Positions 49,949 to 62,576 of a stretch of DNA of 64,000 nt are shown piece after piece (within the stretch, counting starts at the first letter, position 1; every line of letters starts with the position of its first letter). Source of the stretch: Oopsacas minuta. Taxonomy: Eukaryota; Animalia; Porifera. The stretch lies in the NCBI GenBank assembly GCA_024704765.1, contig JAKMXF010000166.1:584743-648742 (forward strand), written 5' to 3'. The notes below the pieces were generated by a model. It searched no databases and was not told the origin of the DNA. It saw nothing but the letters and a program-made list of their open reading frames with translations. The translations under genes and the position numbers were made by a program.

Positions 49949-51279
49949 TCACATTTCGCCTAGAAGATATTGTTCAGCTTACTCCGAACTCATGGCATCT
50001 TTTTGGTGAACCTTGTCTAATTATTTAGTAATTTGGTCTACAGAGTATTGTTCCATTATACCATTTTGGTGGCATACATTATATCTATTTTATCGATAGC
50101 TCTCTATATAGGATTCTCGATATTTGGCCGGCCATACTATAGTATAGTGCGCAAGATTTGGAATCACTTCCTTTATTTATTGTTTTGTGCCGACTATAGT
50201 GGGTCAGGATTGAAATGGATGCCTATATTATCATATCACTGTGCCGAGTGGAACCTCCTAAAGTGGGGTTGATAAATGGGTGTGTTTGGTACAGCACAGC
50301 CAAAAGAACCTCCTAATGTGGATTTGAGGTGGTTCAAAGGCAATTTTTAAGATTAGTTGCCTCATAAAATGGTATGGAGGAAGGATTTGTATCTATAGTT
50401 TAGTAGGGCTACTATGCCAGTACCGACTATACTATACTATAGGTGTCTTCTTCCTTGTGAGAGCTGAACGTTAATCTATACTATTAAAACGTAATTTATC
50501 TATGTATATTTATATATATATATGTATATCCAGGATTGATTGAAGAAAATGGAGGACCCCAGGGCTGATTTTTGGCATACAGGAGTATTTTGGGCCTGGC
50601 TCGGACAAGTTCGAGTCTTGGACGAAAATTCACACCTATTTGGATTTTCGAAAATTCACATTATTGCCACTGCTCTGCCAATATATATGATAGAAGTTTG
50701 AAATGTGAATCACAGGTAACCCTCAATGTGACAAATATCCTGACATCATGTCTCTGACCAAAAGCTAACTCATCATGGGATTATTGCGCTATCATGGCTG
50801 TACTAAAATATGAAAATTTTCCTTAATTTCAAGATTTCAGAATTTCTTAATACCCGTGGCACGAAGTGACGAGATTGCTAACCAAAAGCGATATGGCATC
50901 TCTAGTGTTACCACAGAAGGCAATTAAGTGTAATTTGGATGGACTATGGATAATAAAATCTCAAAATTTCTTCTACAGTCAACTCCGCTTAATTGGGACA
51001 AATCTCCAGGAACGGAATAATCTCCATTGAAGTTCATACTAAATATTTTCGGTTAATCGGGACAAACTCTGGTGCTCGAGTGAAAATTATTGACTCAATG
51101 AAAAAGAAAGTCCACTTGATCTGAGCAAATTCTAGCAAAGTATAGGTGAATGGACAAAATTTTCGCTTAATTGGGGCAAATCTTCCGCTTAATCAGGACA
51201 AAATTAATACTTAATCTAACCTGAGGCACTAAGCTGTCGCGCAGCGACCTAGCAAGCGAATCGCGCGCTAGTTGTATAT

Positions 51280-51702
51280 ACTATTGTCATGATAAAGTCT
51301 GAACGTTCCTGAGTAATAGCACATACCATGGATGGCACATGATTTGTCACTATCCACTTATAACTCCATAATCGTGGAAATAATTGCAAAATCAGGATAG
51401 CCATTTATTGCATATACCAGACTTCCCATATCCTGATTATAAAATTTTGATAGGATATCTCCAAAGAATATTGCGCAGTCATCAATAATATATGGTCAAT
51501 TTCGTGATTACATTATGATCTTCAGAGATATATCATAATGTATTATTAGGGCATGTGAAATCGGATGTATACTATAAAATGGTTATCCTGATTTGCAATT
51601 ACTTTCACGATTATCGAGTTATAAGTGGATATAGACAAATCATGTGACATCCATGGTCTGTGCTATTACTCAGGAACGTTCGAACTTTATCATGACAATA
51701 GT
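51280..51702. mobile_element. Palindromic foldback MITE, related to the 33660 element
   Basis: actattgtcatgataaagt..gaacgttcctgagtaatagcaca is mirrored by tgtgctattactcaggaacgttcgaactttatcatgacaatagt. Confidence 0.75.
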
Positions 51703-52999
51703 TTCTTGTGTTGTATGGAAACAATTTTAGATCAATTCCCATTTCAACATTTTCATCAAAACTCGATATTAAACGCTTTACAAGGTTCAAAATTAGGACA
51801 ATTTTGAGTAATTTTATAAAATTATTGCTAACTAAGCAAATAAATTGACACAAGTAGAATTTTGCTTTTCGATTGATGGCATGTATTTCTATGAGTACGT
51901 AATACATTAATTCGAACACAAGTGCACTGTTTCTGAGATATATACTCAAGTAGTCAGCATAATAATCCAAATTTGGTTTAGCCAATCTCTGGTCCTGAGA
52001 ATATTGCCAGCAGTCCAATGACGGATTCAATTCAGAATTAATTCCTTCAATTCCCATTCCGAAGTCAAAATTTTCGGGCTTAATTCCCATTCTCAGCCAT
52101 TTAATTACAGGAATAACGACTAACTTCCCATTCCCATTCACAATAGGAATTAATTCTTTATATGTTATATACCCATATGCAGTTAGAATATTTTTGTTAC
52201 ATAATAACTTATTCAAGTTTACGTTGAACATATTCCTTACTTCAGGGGTGGGCAAATTACGGCCCGCTTGTGATTTTGAGCCGGCCCACATGGCTTAAGT
52301 TGTTTGAGTACTCGAATTATTTGATCACTGTCTACTCTCTCTTACGCATTCGGAAATTTCGTCCCATGGAAAATTTGATTAAGTGATCTAGGAGGTGTAT
52401 AAATTGCCACAGTGAACTTTCAGTGATACCTCCCTGACCTATTAATGAATTCGTTTTTAGTTTTTATTACTAGTAATTTATCTTGTTATGGCTTCGAAGA
52501 AAAGTATTGCTATATCACCAAAAGAACCAAATTTTGACAAACTAATAAAAATGCAAAATCAGTTGCATTGCTCTCATTAACCCAGCGGTGGCTATGTTGT
52601 TCCATTAGGACCCCCTGTCACGAAATTTTACCCAGACCCCATAGCCAACAGTAATCTTCATATTGGGGTCTACAGAGACCCCCATAGCCAACTGCAATCT
52701 CTGAATTTAGGGGGATTTCCCTGATCATAGCGCACGACCCACTGTTGTCACAATAATACGTTAAGATGGGAGGAGGGTAAGAATCTAAAATTGGAGTGCA
52801 GCTTTACATCCAGTATTCTCTCATATGTAACTAATCGGCCGATGGTCGGCTTAGCCGAAGCAGTAAGCCACGCCTGACAAAAAAAAGCTAAATTCCAATC
52901 TTTGACGGCTGACCAATAATTTCGAGTGCATGTCGTTCAGCGTAAGACCTGATACTGTCGGTGGAATCCTTATCCGGAGAACTATGTATTTCTATTTAC

Positions 53000-53460
53000 A
53001 GTTCCATCATGGACTCGAATATTATATTCCAAATTTACCAAATTTGGAAATATAAGAAAATTTGACTTTTGATAATATAATCAATGGGCCTCGGCAAATG
53101 TATTTCCTTCCCACTCCGCTGATGCTTCAACTGAATTATTGCTCCTATGAATCCCTTAAATCATGATGTTGGTTCTACATCTCGATAGTATATGATGGTT
53201 CTTGATAAAAACCAGCAGGAATTGTTCATCCGATGTGTGTATGTTCAAAATGTAGGACAAGAGTTTGTGATATTGTAGCGGGGAGGTGTTTGATTGGAGT
53301 TTCAAAATACTTTAAAATACCTTCAAAATACTCTGTGCTAAAAAACCAAATGCTGAAAGTCAACTGATTTTTAATACAAATACTTCATCTATGTTGTAAT
53401 TAGCTTGCAGACCTTCAGCCTGAAGGTTACCGCATATGTTTTGAGTGAGGTGAAAAAAAC
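53000..53460 (-). pseudogene. MULE transposase remnant
   Basis: Minus-strand pieces LHFEHTHIG and HRSNNSVEA resemble the MULE YFExTWIG and RTNNxxEG motifs. Confidence 0.35.
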
Positions 53461-54145
53461 AGCATTTAATATTAGTGCACTGCCAAAAGTGTGACTTCTC
53501 TATATTACCACTATTAACATAAAGTTACTTCCACACTAGTGTATAAGGGTCAACCTCTCAGAGTTTTCTTTTTCTAATATCTAGAAGAAACTCTCTGATA
53601 TAGGTGACGAATATAATTAATGATATGTATATGGAGAAGGGCGGTTCACGTGGCATGGGACCCCTGCAGATGTAGGGGTCCCCACAAATACAGGTTCCCA
53701 AACAAGAAAGGGCAAATGGCGTGCCTAGGGATGGGCTAAAGGGGCGGTTGTTCAGGGCTACATTCTCAGCCCGCCATACACCAGATTCATATTCAGTACC
53801 TTTGGCTAGATAGTAGGATTTGGCCTCGGACCATTTTTTTCGTGAAATGGCCACATAGTACGTATATTAATTGAATAGATTAATTATGGCATTATAGAAT
53901 GGGTTCTATTTATTAGGTTAACAAAATATATTTAATGTCAGACTTGCCTCTACTAAAATTCGCTAAAAGTCTACCAAATTTGTAAAATGTCAAATAAAAT
54001 TGATGAAATGTCAAACAAAATTACTCAAAAGTCTAACAAAAATAATCAAAAAGCTAACTAAATTAACCAAAATTCTAACAAAATTGATATATACTCTACG
54101 CTAAGTGGCTATTTTATACATTAAAGAGGTAGAATATATATCTGT

Positions 54146-54810
54146 TGCAGTCCAAGTGCGATTTTAGCCCAAGTGCAGTTCGACTGGTCTAAGTGCACTT
54201 GGACCCGAGTAGTTAGTCTAATTGGACTTGGACTAGATCAAGTGCTATTGGAATCTAACTTCAAGATAATGCTGTGGATTCAATAACTTAATTACGTTAT
54301 ATACGTATATCACGAATGTCAATAAAGCCTGATTCTATATAGTTGTTGTAAACAATAGCTACAGGCAATTAGCCTCTGAAATATTTGACTATCTGTCAAT
54401 GCTAGAAATACTGAATATTGTAAAATTGTGAATTGAGTACAATATATCTTCGAACGGTTGGTATATGTATATATATATTTAATCTTCCTAAAGAAGAAAA
54501 GAAATACAGCCACAAACAACTGCCTTTACAATATGTTGACTATTTTGATAACTTATACTGTTCCAATCATCAAAATCTTGTAATTTCTGATATACTGATC
54601 ACGGATGTTTTTAATAAACCTACGTAAATGCTGAGTAGTTATTCCCAAGTTCGGACATTGACCCTCAGAACCCTTGATAATCGTGAATAACGTGCATAAC
54701 GTAATTGAGTCATTGAATCCACCAATTATCGTAGAGTTAGGTTTAATAGCATTTGAACTAGTCCAAGTCCAATTAGACTAAGTACTCGGGTCCAAGTGCA
54801 CTTGGACTGC
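54146..54810. mobile_element. MITE with long inverted arms
   Basis: aagtgcacttggacccgagtagttagtctaattggacttggactag is mirrored by ctagtccaagtccaattagactaagtactcgggtccaagtgcactt. Confidence 0.7.
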
Positions 54811-55393
54811 AAAAATACAACGAAATTCCGGTAATAATATGGTTATTTATTACACCCTTTAGGTCAAAAGCTATCGAATTTAAGCCCGTTGTTACGAATT
54901 TCGCTCATAACAACCCTAGTTGAACTAAGTCCGCTAGAATTGATATTTTCATTTGGCATATTTATGCCAAATATTTGAGTTATATTTAAGTAGAAACCAG
55001 ATTTATCTCACTATTCCATTGCATGGAAATATAGTCAGAAAAAGCCGATGTAAAATGAAAGTAAATCCCACTTTCTTTACAATCTGAGAAGGAAAAATAT
55101 TTTAAGAAATAGGTGATAAGATAAAACTGTTTCGATTGTATGCTGTTAATATTATATAGGCCATTCGCATCCCTGTGTAAAAAGTGGGGGATATATCCCC
55201 GGGATTTACGCCCATTGCGTGAATACTAAAGAATTTCGTCAAACTGTGGGTAGTGACTCGATTTAGTTCAAATATTTATTCTTTAACATGTCATGATATT
55301 CTTATTTACCGAGTTCGATCGAACGATGTTAAACTGTATGTATCAGTCATTAACAAGTAAACCAATAATCTTATCGTTCGAAATTAATTACCA

Positions 55394-55848
55394 ACGAGCC
55401 TTTGGCTCGTCGCTTCGCGATGAACTCGGCGCATTGCACCTCGAGGTATTCAACAAACAAACAAACAGACAAACAACAATTGAGATTATTAATTTTGGTG
55501 TTGTTACCAATATTCAGACTAAGAATACTCGATTACTCCAGTATAGTCGTTGAAAGTATGATTATACCTCAATATTGAGATTTGTTTAATTTATATTCAT
55601 AAAAACAACAATAAATTTACATATCATTAATCCAAAAGTGTGGAAATTGGATTCAGCATGTTCGATATATTTTTTGAAGTTTATTTAATTCTAATTACTT
55701 TCTTGATAAACACGATAAATACATAGTTCTGCGGAAATTTCAAATTGCATACCATAAATCCTTTCCTTGACAACGGACAAACAAACAAACAAACAAACAA
55801 ACAAACAAATAAACAAATTGACAATCATTGAGATTTAATAATATAGAT
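55394..55848 (-). repeat. Helitron-like element (composite copy); a further partial copy at ~56070-56150
   Basis: Perfect terminal hairpin acgagcc-ttt-ggctcgt, expanded (caaa)n tract, and gatttaataatatagat end. Confidence 0.65.
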
Positions 55849-56686
55849 TATATCTATAAAGAAATATCTACAAATTCTTTGAAGAGGGAAAACTTGACTA
55901 CACATTTCATTTTTCCATCAATACTACACAGTATTCTTCACGCTAGGGGATATTTACGGAAGGGGAGGAATACTTATGAAACCTGCACTTTAAGAGGAAA
56001 AAGTTGCGTAGTTTCCTACACTTTGCTAATCACGATAAATATAGAGTTATGCAACATCTTTGGATTGCAATTGCAATTGCAAAATACCAAACCATAAATC
56101 CTATTCTTGACAACAGAGAAAACAACAAACAAACATCAATTGAGATTTAATGATATTGTTAATAACAATCGTAAAGCTCTTACATAAAGGTAGTCAAGCC
56201 TATATATAAACGACAAATTAATGATACAATCTGATAGGCCTGAATACTGCGGTTGATAATACCAAATCTTACAACTTATCTTACAACTTGCGGTTGATAA
56301 TTAACAAAATAATTAAATGTCTCTCAGATTTACGTTAAATGCACATTGTTTGTTAATTACTACCAGAAACTTAAAGCCAAGTTCGTAGAATATGGAGTTT
56401 TATGTAATAAATTTCAAAAGGTTTAACTGGAGTTGTTATGAACGGACTTCGTTATAACGGGCTAAAAATTCAGTATCTTTTGACCTAAAGGAGGCGACAA
56501 ATAACTTCTTTAAAAGGGAAATTTATACTGATATTTCGGAATATACAAGTTGGTGTGTCCGGCTTTGAGCAATTCACAGTTTAGCAACACTATTTGGAGG
56601 GCTTAGCTCCCCACACTAGCAGACAATATCTGAGGCATTTTGGTAACTACATTATTTTCAAGTGCGGCACATCCATTTCAAAAGTA

Positions 56687-58013
56687 CGAGGGTCGTCCAA
56701 AAAGTTTTTAGAATGAATGCTGTAACTTCATTTCTTGCACACCAATACATCTTATATCTATAGTACACTATTTATAACTACTCTAGTTAAAATATCTAAG
56801 CTTTTTATCTTTTATTACTTTTTTGACAGCTACTTATATAGTCAGCACTTGGCTCTTATTTTAAATTCGTACCTAATTATTCCTCATGGATTTACATTTG
56901 GAAAGGAGGGACTTTCGCGCAATGATTTTTTATGACTCTATGAGAAAACTCAGTCCTAAAGAATCACATATTCAACTTCAGGACACATTTGGAGAAAAAT
57001 CACCATCTTTGGCTACAGTGTACAACTGGTACGGTGAATTTAACCGTGGACGAAAGACTCTAAGTGATGAGATGCGATCAGGACGTCCTGCAGATGGTTA
57101 ACCCAGAAAATATCCAGAAAGTTAAGAAAATAATCAAAAATGAGCGTCGAATCATAATTGACGAAATAATGAGTTATTTAGACATCAGCAGAGGAAGCCT
57201 CCATGCCATACTTCATGAACATCTCTTGGTGAGGAAAGTGGCTGCACGTTGGATTCCACATAAACTTTCTGAAGAACAAATGACAACTCGAGTGGATTGG
57301 TGCAAATTTATGATCAGAAAATTCGATCATGGTCGTTCAAAGCTATTGAATACATTAATTACGGGAGATGAGACTTGGATTTACCAATATGACCCAGAGA
57401 CGAAGCAACAATCTTCAGTTTGGCTTTTTCCAGATGATGATCTCCCTCAAAAATTGAGACGTGCACGAAGTGGCAACAAGCAAATGGTCGCCAGTTTCAT
57501 CTCTAAAAAGGGATATGTTGCTACTATTCCCCTTATAGAGCAAAAGACTGTAACTGCGAGTTGGTATGTCAACATTTGCATGCCTCAGGTGATAGAAAAG
57601 TGGAGCATTTTACATCCTAAAGCCTACCTCACCTCACTTCAATGGCACCATGACAATGCAAGTGCACACAAGGCAGCTTTAACAATGGATTTCTTTGCAG
57701 AAAATGGTATAAAATTGATACCCCATCCAGCATATTCCCCAGATTTGGCGCCATGCGACTTCTTTCTTTTCCCTAAACTAAAAAAGAAGATCAAATAGGT
57801 TCATTTCGATAGTGCAGAAGAGGCAAGACTGGCTTATAATGGGGCCCTCCAAGACCTAACATAAGAAGCCTGGGAAAATTGATTTGAAGTTGGTTTAGAA
57901 GGATGGATTTATGCATACAGTCATCTGGTATTTACTTCGAGAAACTATAAAAAAATAATCCATTTCCTACTATTCTTTCATATAGATTCTAAAAACTTTT
58001 TGGACTACCCTCG
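56687..58013 (+). mobile_element. Mariner (DD34D) element, full length, transposase frameshifted
   Basis: TA|cgagggtcgtccaaaaagtttttagaat and its near-perfect inverse ending ccctcg|TA. Motifs WIPHKL, ITGDETW and HDNA..34 aa..SPDLAPCDF. Frameshift near 57095; premature stop at 57796-57798. Confidence 0.93.
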
Positions 58014-58382
58014 TATTACAACGTAATATTTTATTATATCTAAAGTTGTATGGCGATACGGGACCAAATAATACAAACTGTACCAGGAATATTTATGCCT
58101 AATTGTTTCCGAATTCTTCTTAGGCCGATGAGAGGGGGAGATCCGCGACAAATTCCCAAGGCCCCCGCTGTTGGCACCTTTAAGAAATTTAATAAGCCGA
58201 CTAGCAACTATACAATGAGCCACAAATATGCATGGCGTCTGGCCGATTTGTATATAATTGTGTATCATGACCACACCTAAGTCTACATTTGGGCAACATT
58301 CGGTCTTGGCTGTTCAAGTTTGATCAGAATAGTCATAGAAGATCAAATTAGCCAAAATTGATGTGAAGATCTCTCTGTAGCC

Positions 58383-59231
58383 CAGTGGTTCTCAAACTGG
58401 GGTACGCCAGCACTTTTCCTAGGGGTACGCCGGTGTTTCACCTAATCATATCAATTCTGTAATAATCATATACAAATATTTCGAGTTACACACTATCATG
58501 TCAACAGACTCAGCACATAGATAGTAATTTCATGCCAAATAATTAATATATATCAGTTACAATGGTTTCATCACTAATTATTATCACCCTTGAATATTTA
58601 TTGTTTGAGGTTATGCTAATTAAGGATTCCATTGTCCGTACATATGTGTCAACTCATATTGATTTGAATATCACACCCACCCGTGTATCGTATTGTTCTT
58701 ATAAAATGGAAATTAGAAGAGTATTTCTTTGAGACCTTGACTTTATCACCAAATTCATATGGAATCTGCTAAGAAACGGAAGTATAATGAAGACTATATT
58801 AAATATGGATTTACATCCATACTTAAAGAGGGACGGGAACTACCACAATGTGTAATATGTTATAAGGTGCTATCTGAGGGCTCGATGAAACCAAGTTTTC
58901 TAAAACGCTTTGTGAACAAGGATTTTCAGCGCTATTAATAATTACAAACAAATTTCGAGCGCGGTTGTCTGTGGAAGCTGATCTCCGTCTGGCCCTTTCA
59001 AAAACTGTGCCACGAATTGATAGCCTGATACACAACATGCAAGCACATCCTTCCCACTAATTAATTATCTACTTTATTTATATTGCTAGAATAAAAAACA
59101 CTTTTATTTTTCACAACTGGGTAAAAGGGATTGAAAACCTAATATTTACAATGCAGGCCATTGTAAGGGGTATATCACACACAAGATCCAGCTTGAGGGA
59201 TACGCAATGAGAAAAAGTTTGAGAACCACTG
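58383..59231 (+). mobile_element. 849-bp internal-deletion derivative of the hAT element at 38879-41209
   Basis: Same TIRs with its own perfect TSD ctgtagcc. Near-identical to both ends of the 38879 element; junction ctaaaacgc|tttgtgaac. Confidence 0.93.
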
Positions 59232-59304
59232 CTGTAGCCAAATGATCAGGCAGAAAATGTAGCAAGAAGAACATTGGTCCTCCCACCTCAAAAGTTGTCT
59301 CGGG

Positions 59305-59616
59305 GGTGGGTCTATGGACCACAATTAGAAGATTACGATTGGCTATGGGGTCTCTGTAGACCCCAATTAGAAGATTACAGTAGGCTATGGGGTCTCTGTA
59401 GACCCCAATTAGAAGATTACAGTAGGCTATGGGGTCTCTGTAGACGCCAATATGGAGATTACAGTAGGCTATGGGCTCTCTGTAGACCCCAATATGAAGT
59501 TTACTGTTGGCTACGGGGTCTCTGTGTACCCCAATATGAAGACTACTGTTGGCTATCGTGTCTGGGTAAATTTTTGTGACAGGGGGTCCTAATGGAACAA
59601 TCTAGCCACCGCTTGA
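59305..59616 (-). repeat. Inverted left end of the piggyBac-like family with ~6 x 42-bp units
   Basis: Reverse complement of 52581-52700 (gtgacagggggtcctaatggaacaa..ctagccaccgc), preceded by units ccaattagaagattacagtaggctatggggtctctgtagacc. Confidence 0.85.
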
Positions 59617-60356
59617 TCAATGTAAAGGGTATATTTTCAAGGCTGTATTTGAGTGAATATCACCTGTATACATAAATGATAGGGAAATGCATAGGTGAAC
59701 CTCCTTTGGTAAGTCTTTTCAACACCAAAAGGAAATATCATAGTTTACGATATCAGGGGCAACTATTTGATACCCACTTATCAACTTTGTGGTCTTGAGC
59801 AAAATATTATAAACCATAATTACGACACCATTTGGAACTGAAAATAATTCTTCACCTCTTCAAATTCAAAATCTTTCACTTTCCCAAACATTTGGCATAA
59901 AAACTAAAAAAAAGGCTTTGATACCAATACTGACTAAATAGTAGTCTGCACAATACACGAACTAAGGAAGTGCGGCGGATGAGGCTAAAAGGCGGTCGGG
60001 TGACTGCCTGAGCAATGGTAAAGTGGTTATCTTAGAGCCTGAGTAGTCTAACCGTTTGCGCCGCCAAGGCTAAGGCATGCATTTCAATACTGGGGCATCT
60101 TATTAATGTATATTCGACACAGTAAAAAGAATAATACCTATATACGCGTATTGGCCATCGGGTTGATCAGTACTCATAGTGACGGCAAATTAAGGGTATT
60201 GACCAGCAGTTTGGCCACAACGCGTATTGACTAGTTAGTACACGTACTGACTGATTTCAGGTAGTGAGCGTACCATATATACAAAAATGTGATACAAGAA
60301 TATTTGAAAGAAAAAATTATAATTATACACATTGAATCATATAAAGCCCACAGAGA

Positions 60357-60790
60357 CCCCAAGACAACAGAAATCTTCATATTGGGGTCTACAGAGAGCC
60401 CATAGCCAACAGTAATCTTCTAATTGGGGTCTACAGAGACCCCATAGCCAACAGTAATCTTCATATTGGGGTCTACAGAGAGCCCATAGCCAACAGTAAT
60501 CTTCATTTTGGGGTCTACAGAGAGCCCATAGCCAACAGTAATCTTCATATTGGGGTCTACAGAGAGCCCATAGCCAACAGTAATCTTCTAATTGGGGTCT
60601 ACAGAGAGCCCATAGCCAACTGTAATCATCATATTGGGGTCTACAGAGAGCCCATAGCCAACTGTAATCATCATATTGTGGTCTACAGAGACCCCATAGC
60701 CAACAGTGATCATCATATTGGGGTGTACCGAAACCCCATAGCCAATTTTGATCTCTACGGTCAAAGACTTTTTGACTAGACCCATAGCCA
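60357..60790 (+). repeat. 42-bp tandem array (about 9 full units plus degenerate ends)
   Basis: Units start at 60399, 60441, 60483, 60525, 60567, 60609, 60651, 60693 and 60735; consensus cccatagccaacagtaatcttcatattggggtctacagaga(g/c). Confidence 0.95.
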
Positions 60791-61238
60791 ATTGTATAAA
60801 TGAAATTAGCCTAGCCACCGCTGGGTTAAACAATATTGGTTAATTATTATGTATAATTATTGTATTTTACAATTAGTTAGTCGAGTTTCTCTAATAATTA
60901 GAACATGGAACGTAGTCGTAGGTCAATACGGCCCGCATAAAAATTTGGAATTAGAATGCGGCCCGCGCAGAAAAAAGTTTGCCCAACCCTGCCTTACTTC
61001 CATGAATTAATTCTCTATATGTTGATATGCTATTGTAATATTTTTGCTAAAATAAGAATCTTTATTCAATTTTCCCGTGGAACTCATTCGTTAATTCAGG
61101 GATCATTCCATGAATGTATTCTGGAATTGATTTGCCGGATTTGATTCTCTATATGTTGTATACCTATAACCAGGGGCGTAGGCAGTACTAGAAGTGAGTT
61201 TGCGCCACCTAATATCAATATGATTTCATGTGTATATA

Positions 61239-62576
61239 CTACTGGCGTTCAATAAGTAGTCGTTATTCCAAATTTTGTAAGTCGGGATATTTCGACCCAG
61301 ATCAAACTGAATTTTCTAATAACAATCCATCCATTGTGAATTCAATAATGCAAAGCGTTTTTGATTCTGATGTCTCGTTCTAATGTTGTACTTATTTACA
61401 TTTTGACAGTTTATTATAGTAACATTTTTAATGGCTTCAAAAAGTACAGATTTCGAATTTGAGCAGAGAGCATATGTGAAGATCAGAACACTGCTCAAAG
61501 TTTCACCAACAGATGGCCACAAAGATTTAGAGGAAGTTTATAAGGATACAGCACTTCCATATTCCACTGTTGTTGATCGGGCTAGACGCTTTCGTGAAGG
61601 TAGAGTGTCCATTGAAGATGGGGCAAGAATAGGGAGACCAGTTTCCAGCGCCAGTGACAAAAATATCCTTGAGGTATCCGCGTTACTTGAACAAGACCCT
61701 CATATCACGCTTGTGGAGATAGCTGATGCGGTTGGGATCTCAACGGGAACTGCTCAAGCTATTGTACATGATAATATGAAATTCCGAAAGATATGTGCTC
61801 GATGGGTGCCGCATTTACTAACTCAGGGCCAGAAAGCAAAGAGGGTTCAATGTGCTACTAAATTGCTCTCTGAGTTTGATCGAGCTGACTCCAGAAGGTA
61901 ATTTGAGATAGTAACAGGTGACGAAACTTGGGTACGTTATTCTGAGCCTTTTTCAAAAGAAGCAAACAAAGTATGGGTGGCAAAAGGACAGGATCCACCA
62001 ATGATCCCTCGACATGACTTTCGGGACCCGAAAGTTATGTACTGTATATTTTTTTATTCTAATGGTCCAGTGTGCCAGATTTGTGTCCCCAAATACCAAA
62101 CAATAACAGGCTCCTTCTACACCAATGAGTGTCTAACAGAGGTTGAAAAATTCTACCAAAATCGACGGCCAAGGACTGGAACTCGTGGATTGCGAATATT
62201 GCATGATAACGCCCGACCGCACAAGACAAAGCTAGTTAGAGAAAAGTTGGAAGCTAAGAAGATTGTGGAGCTAGATCACCCTCCCTACTCACCAGATCTA
62301 GCTCCCTGTGACTTTTGGTTGTTTCCAAAGCTAATGAAACATCTATCAGGGAGGAAATTCGAGAGTCGAGCTCAGATAGGATCGGCGATTTTCCAGTATA
62401 TGAAAGGTGTACCAACCGAAGACGACAAAAAAGTATTTTTCGATTGGATAAAAAGGCTGAAATTGGTTTTACAGCACGAAGGGGAATACTTTGAGAAACT
62501 CCATCACTGAATACACAATTATGCTAGAAAATTTAGAATTACAATGTGATAACGACTACTTATTGAACGCCCGTAG
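61239..62576 (+). mobile_element. Mariner (DD34D) element, transposase 61431-62510 with one in-frame nonsense codon
   Basis: TA-flanked TIR ctac(t/g)ggcgttcaataagtagtcgttat. The 360-codon frame has a single TAA at 61899-61901 just before FEIVTGDETW, then HDNARPH..34..D. Confidence 0.93.

Larger units (their letters stand above)
52581..60825 (+). mobile_element. piggyBac-like element (TTAA target, CCC/GGG termini) with 42-bp repeat arrays and ~7.6 kb of internal cargo
   Basis: TTAA|cccagcggtggcta at 52581 and tagccaccgctggg|TTAA at 60825, with the same 42-bp unit just inside both ends. No transposase ORF. Confidence 0.75.
52243..60991 (+). mobile_element. Non-autonomous hAT (Charlie/SPIN-like) whose two halves enclose an 8.2-kb insertion
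   Basis: TIR caggggtgggcaaa / tttgcccaaccctg with a perfect 8-bp TSD ccttactt (52235-52242, 60992-60999) and ggcccgc subterminal motifs at both ends. Confidence 0.85.

Noticed and set aside
51611-52291. 226-aa minus-strand ORF
   Set aside because: It starts in a hAT terminus, ends in a foldback MITE, crosses low-complexity attccc repeats, and has no recognisable motif.
53558-53854. 98-aa minus-strand ORF
   Set aside because: Non-ATG start, overlaps GC-rich repeat-like sequence, and no recognisable domain.
59305-60790. 42-bp hairpin repeats as a CRISPR array
   Set aside because: The inter-hairpin segments are near-identical rather than unique spacers, there are no cas genes, the context is eukaryotic, and the arrays lie inside transposon termini.
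59274-60833. ORFs with 14-aa periodicity (PQLEDYSRLWGLCR; VGYGLSVDPNMMIT)
   Set aside because: By-products of a 42-bp unit that is divisible by three; no evidence of coding.
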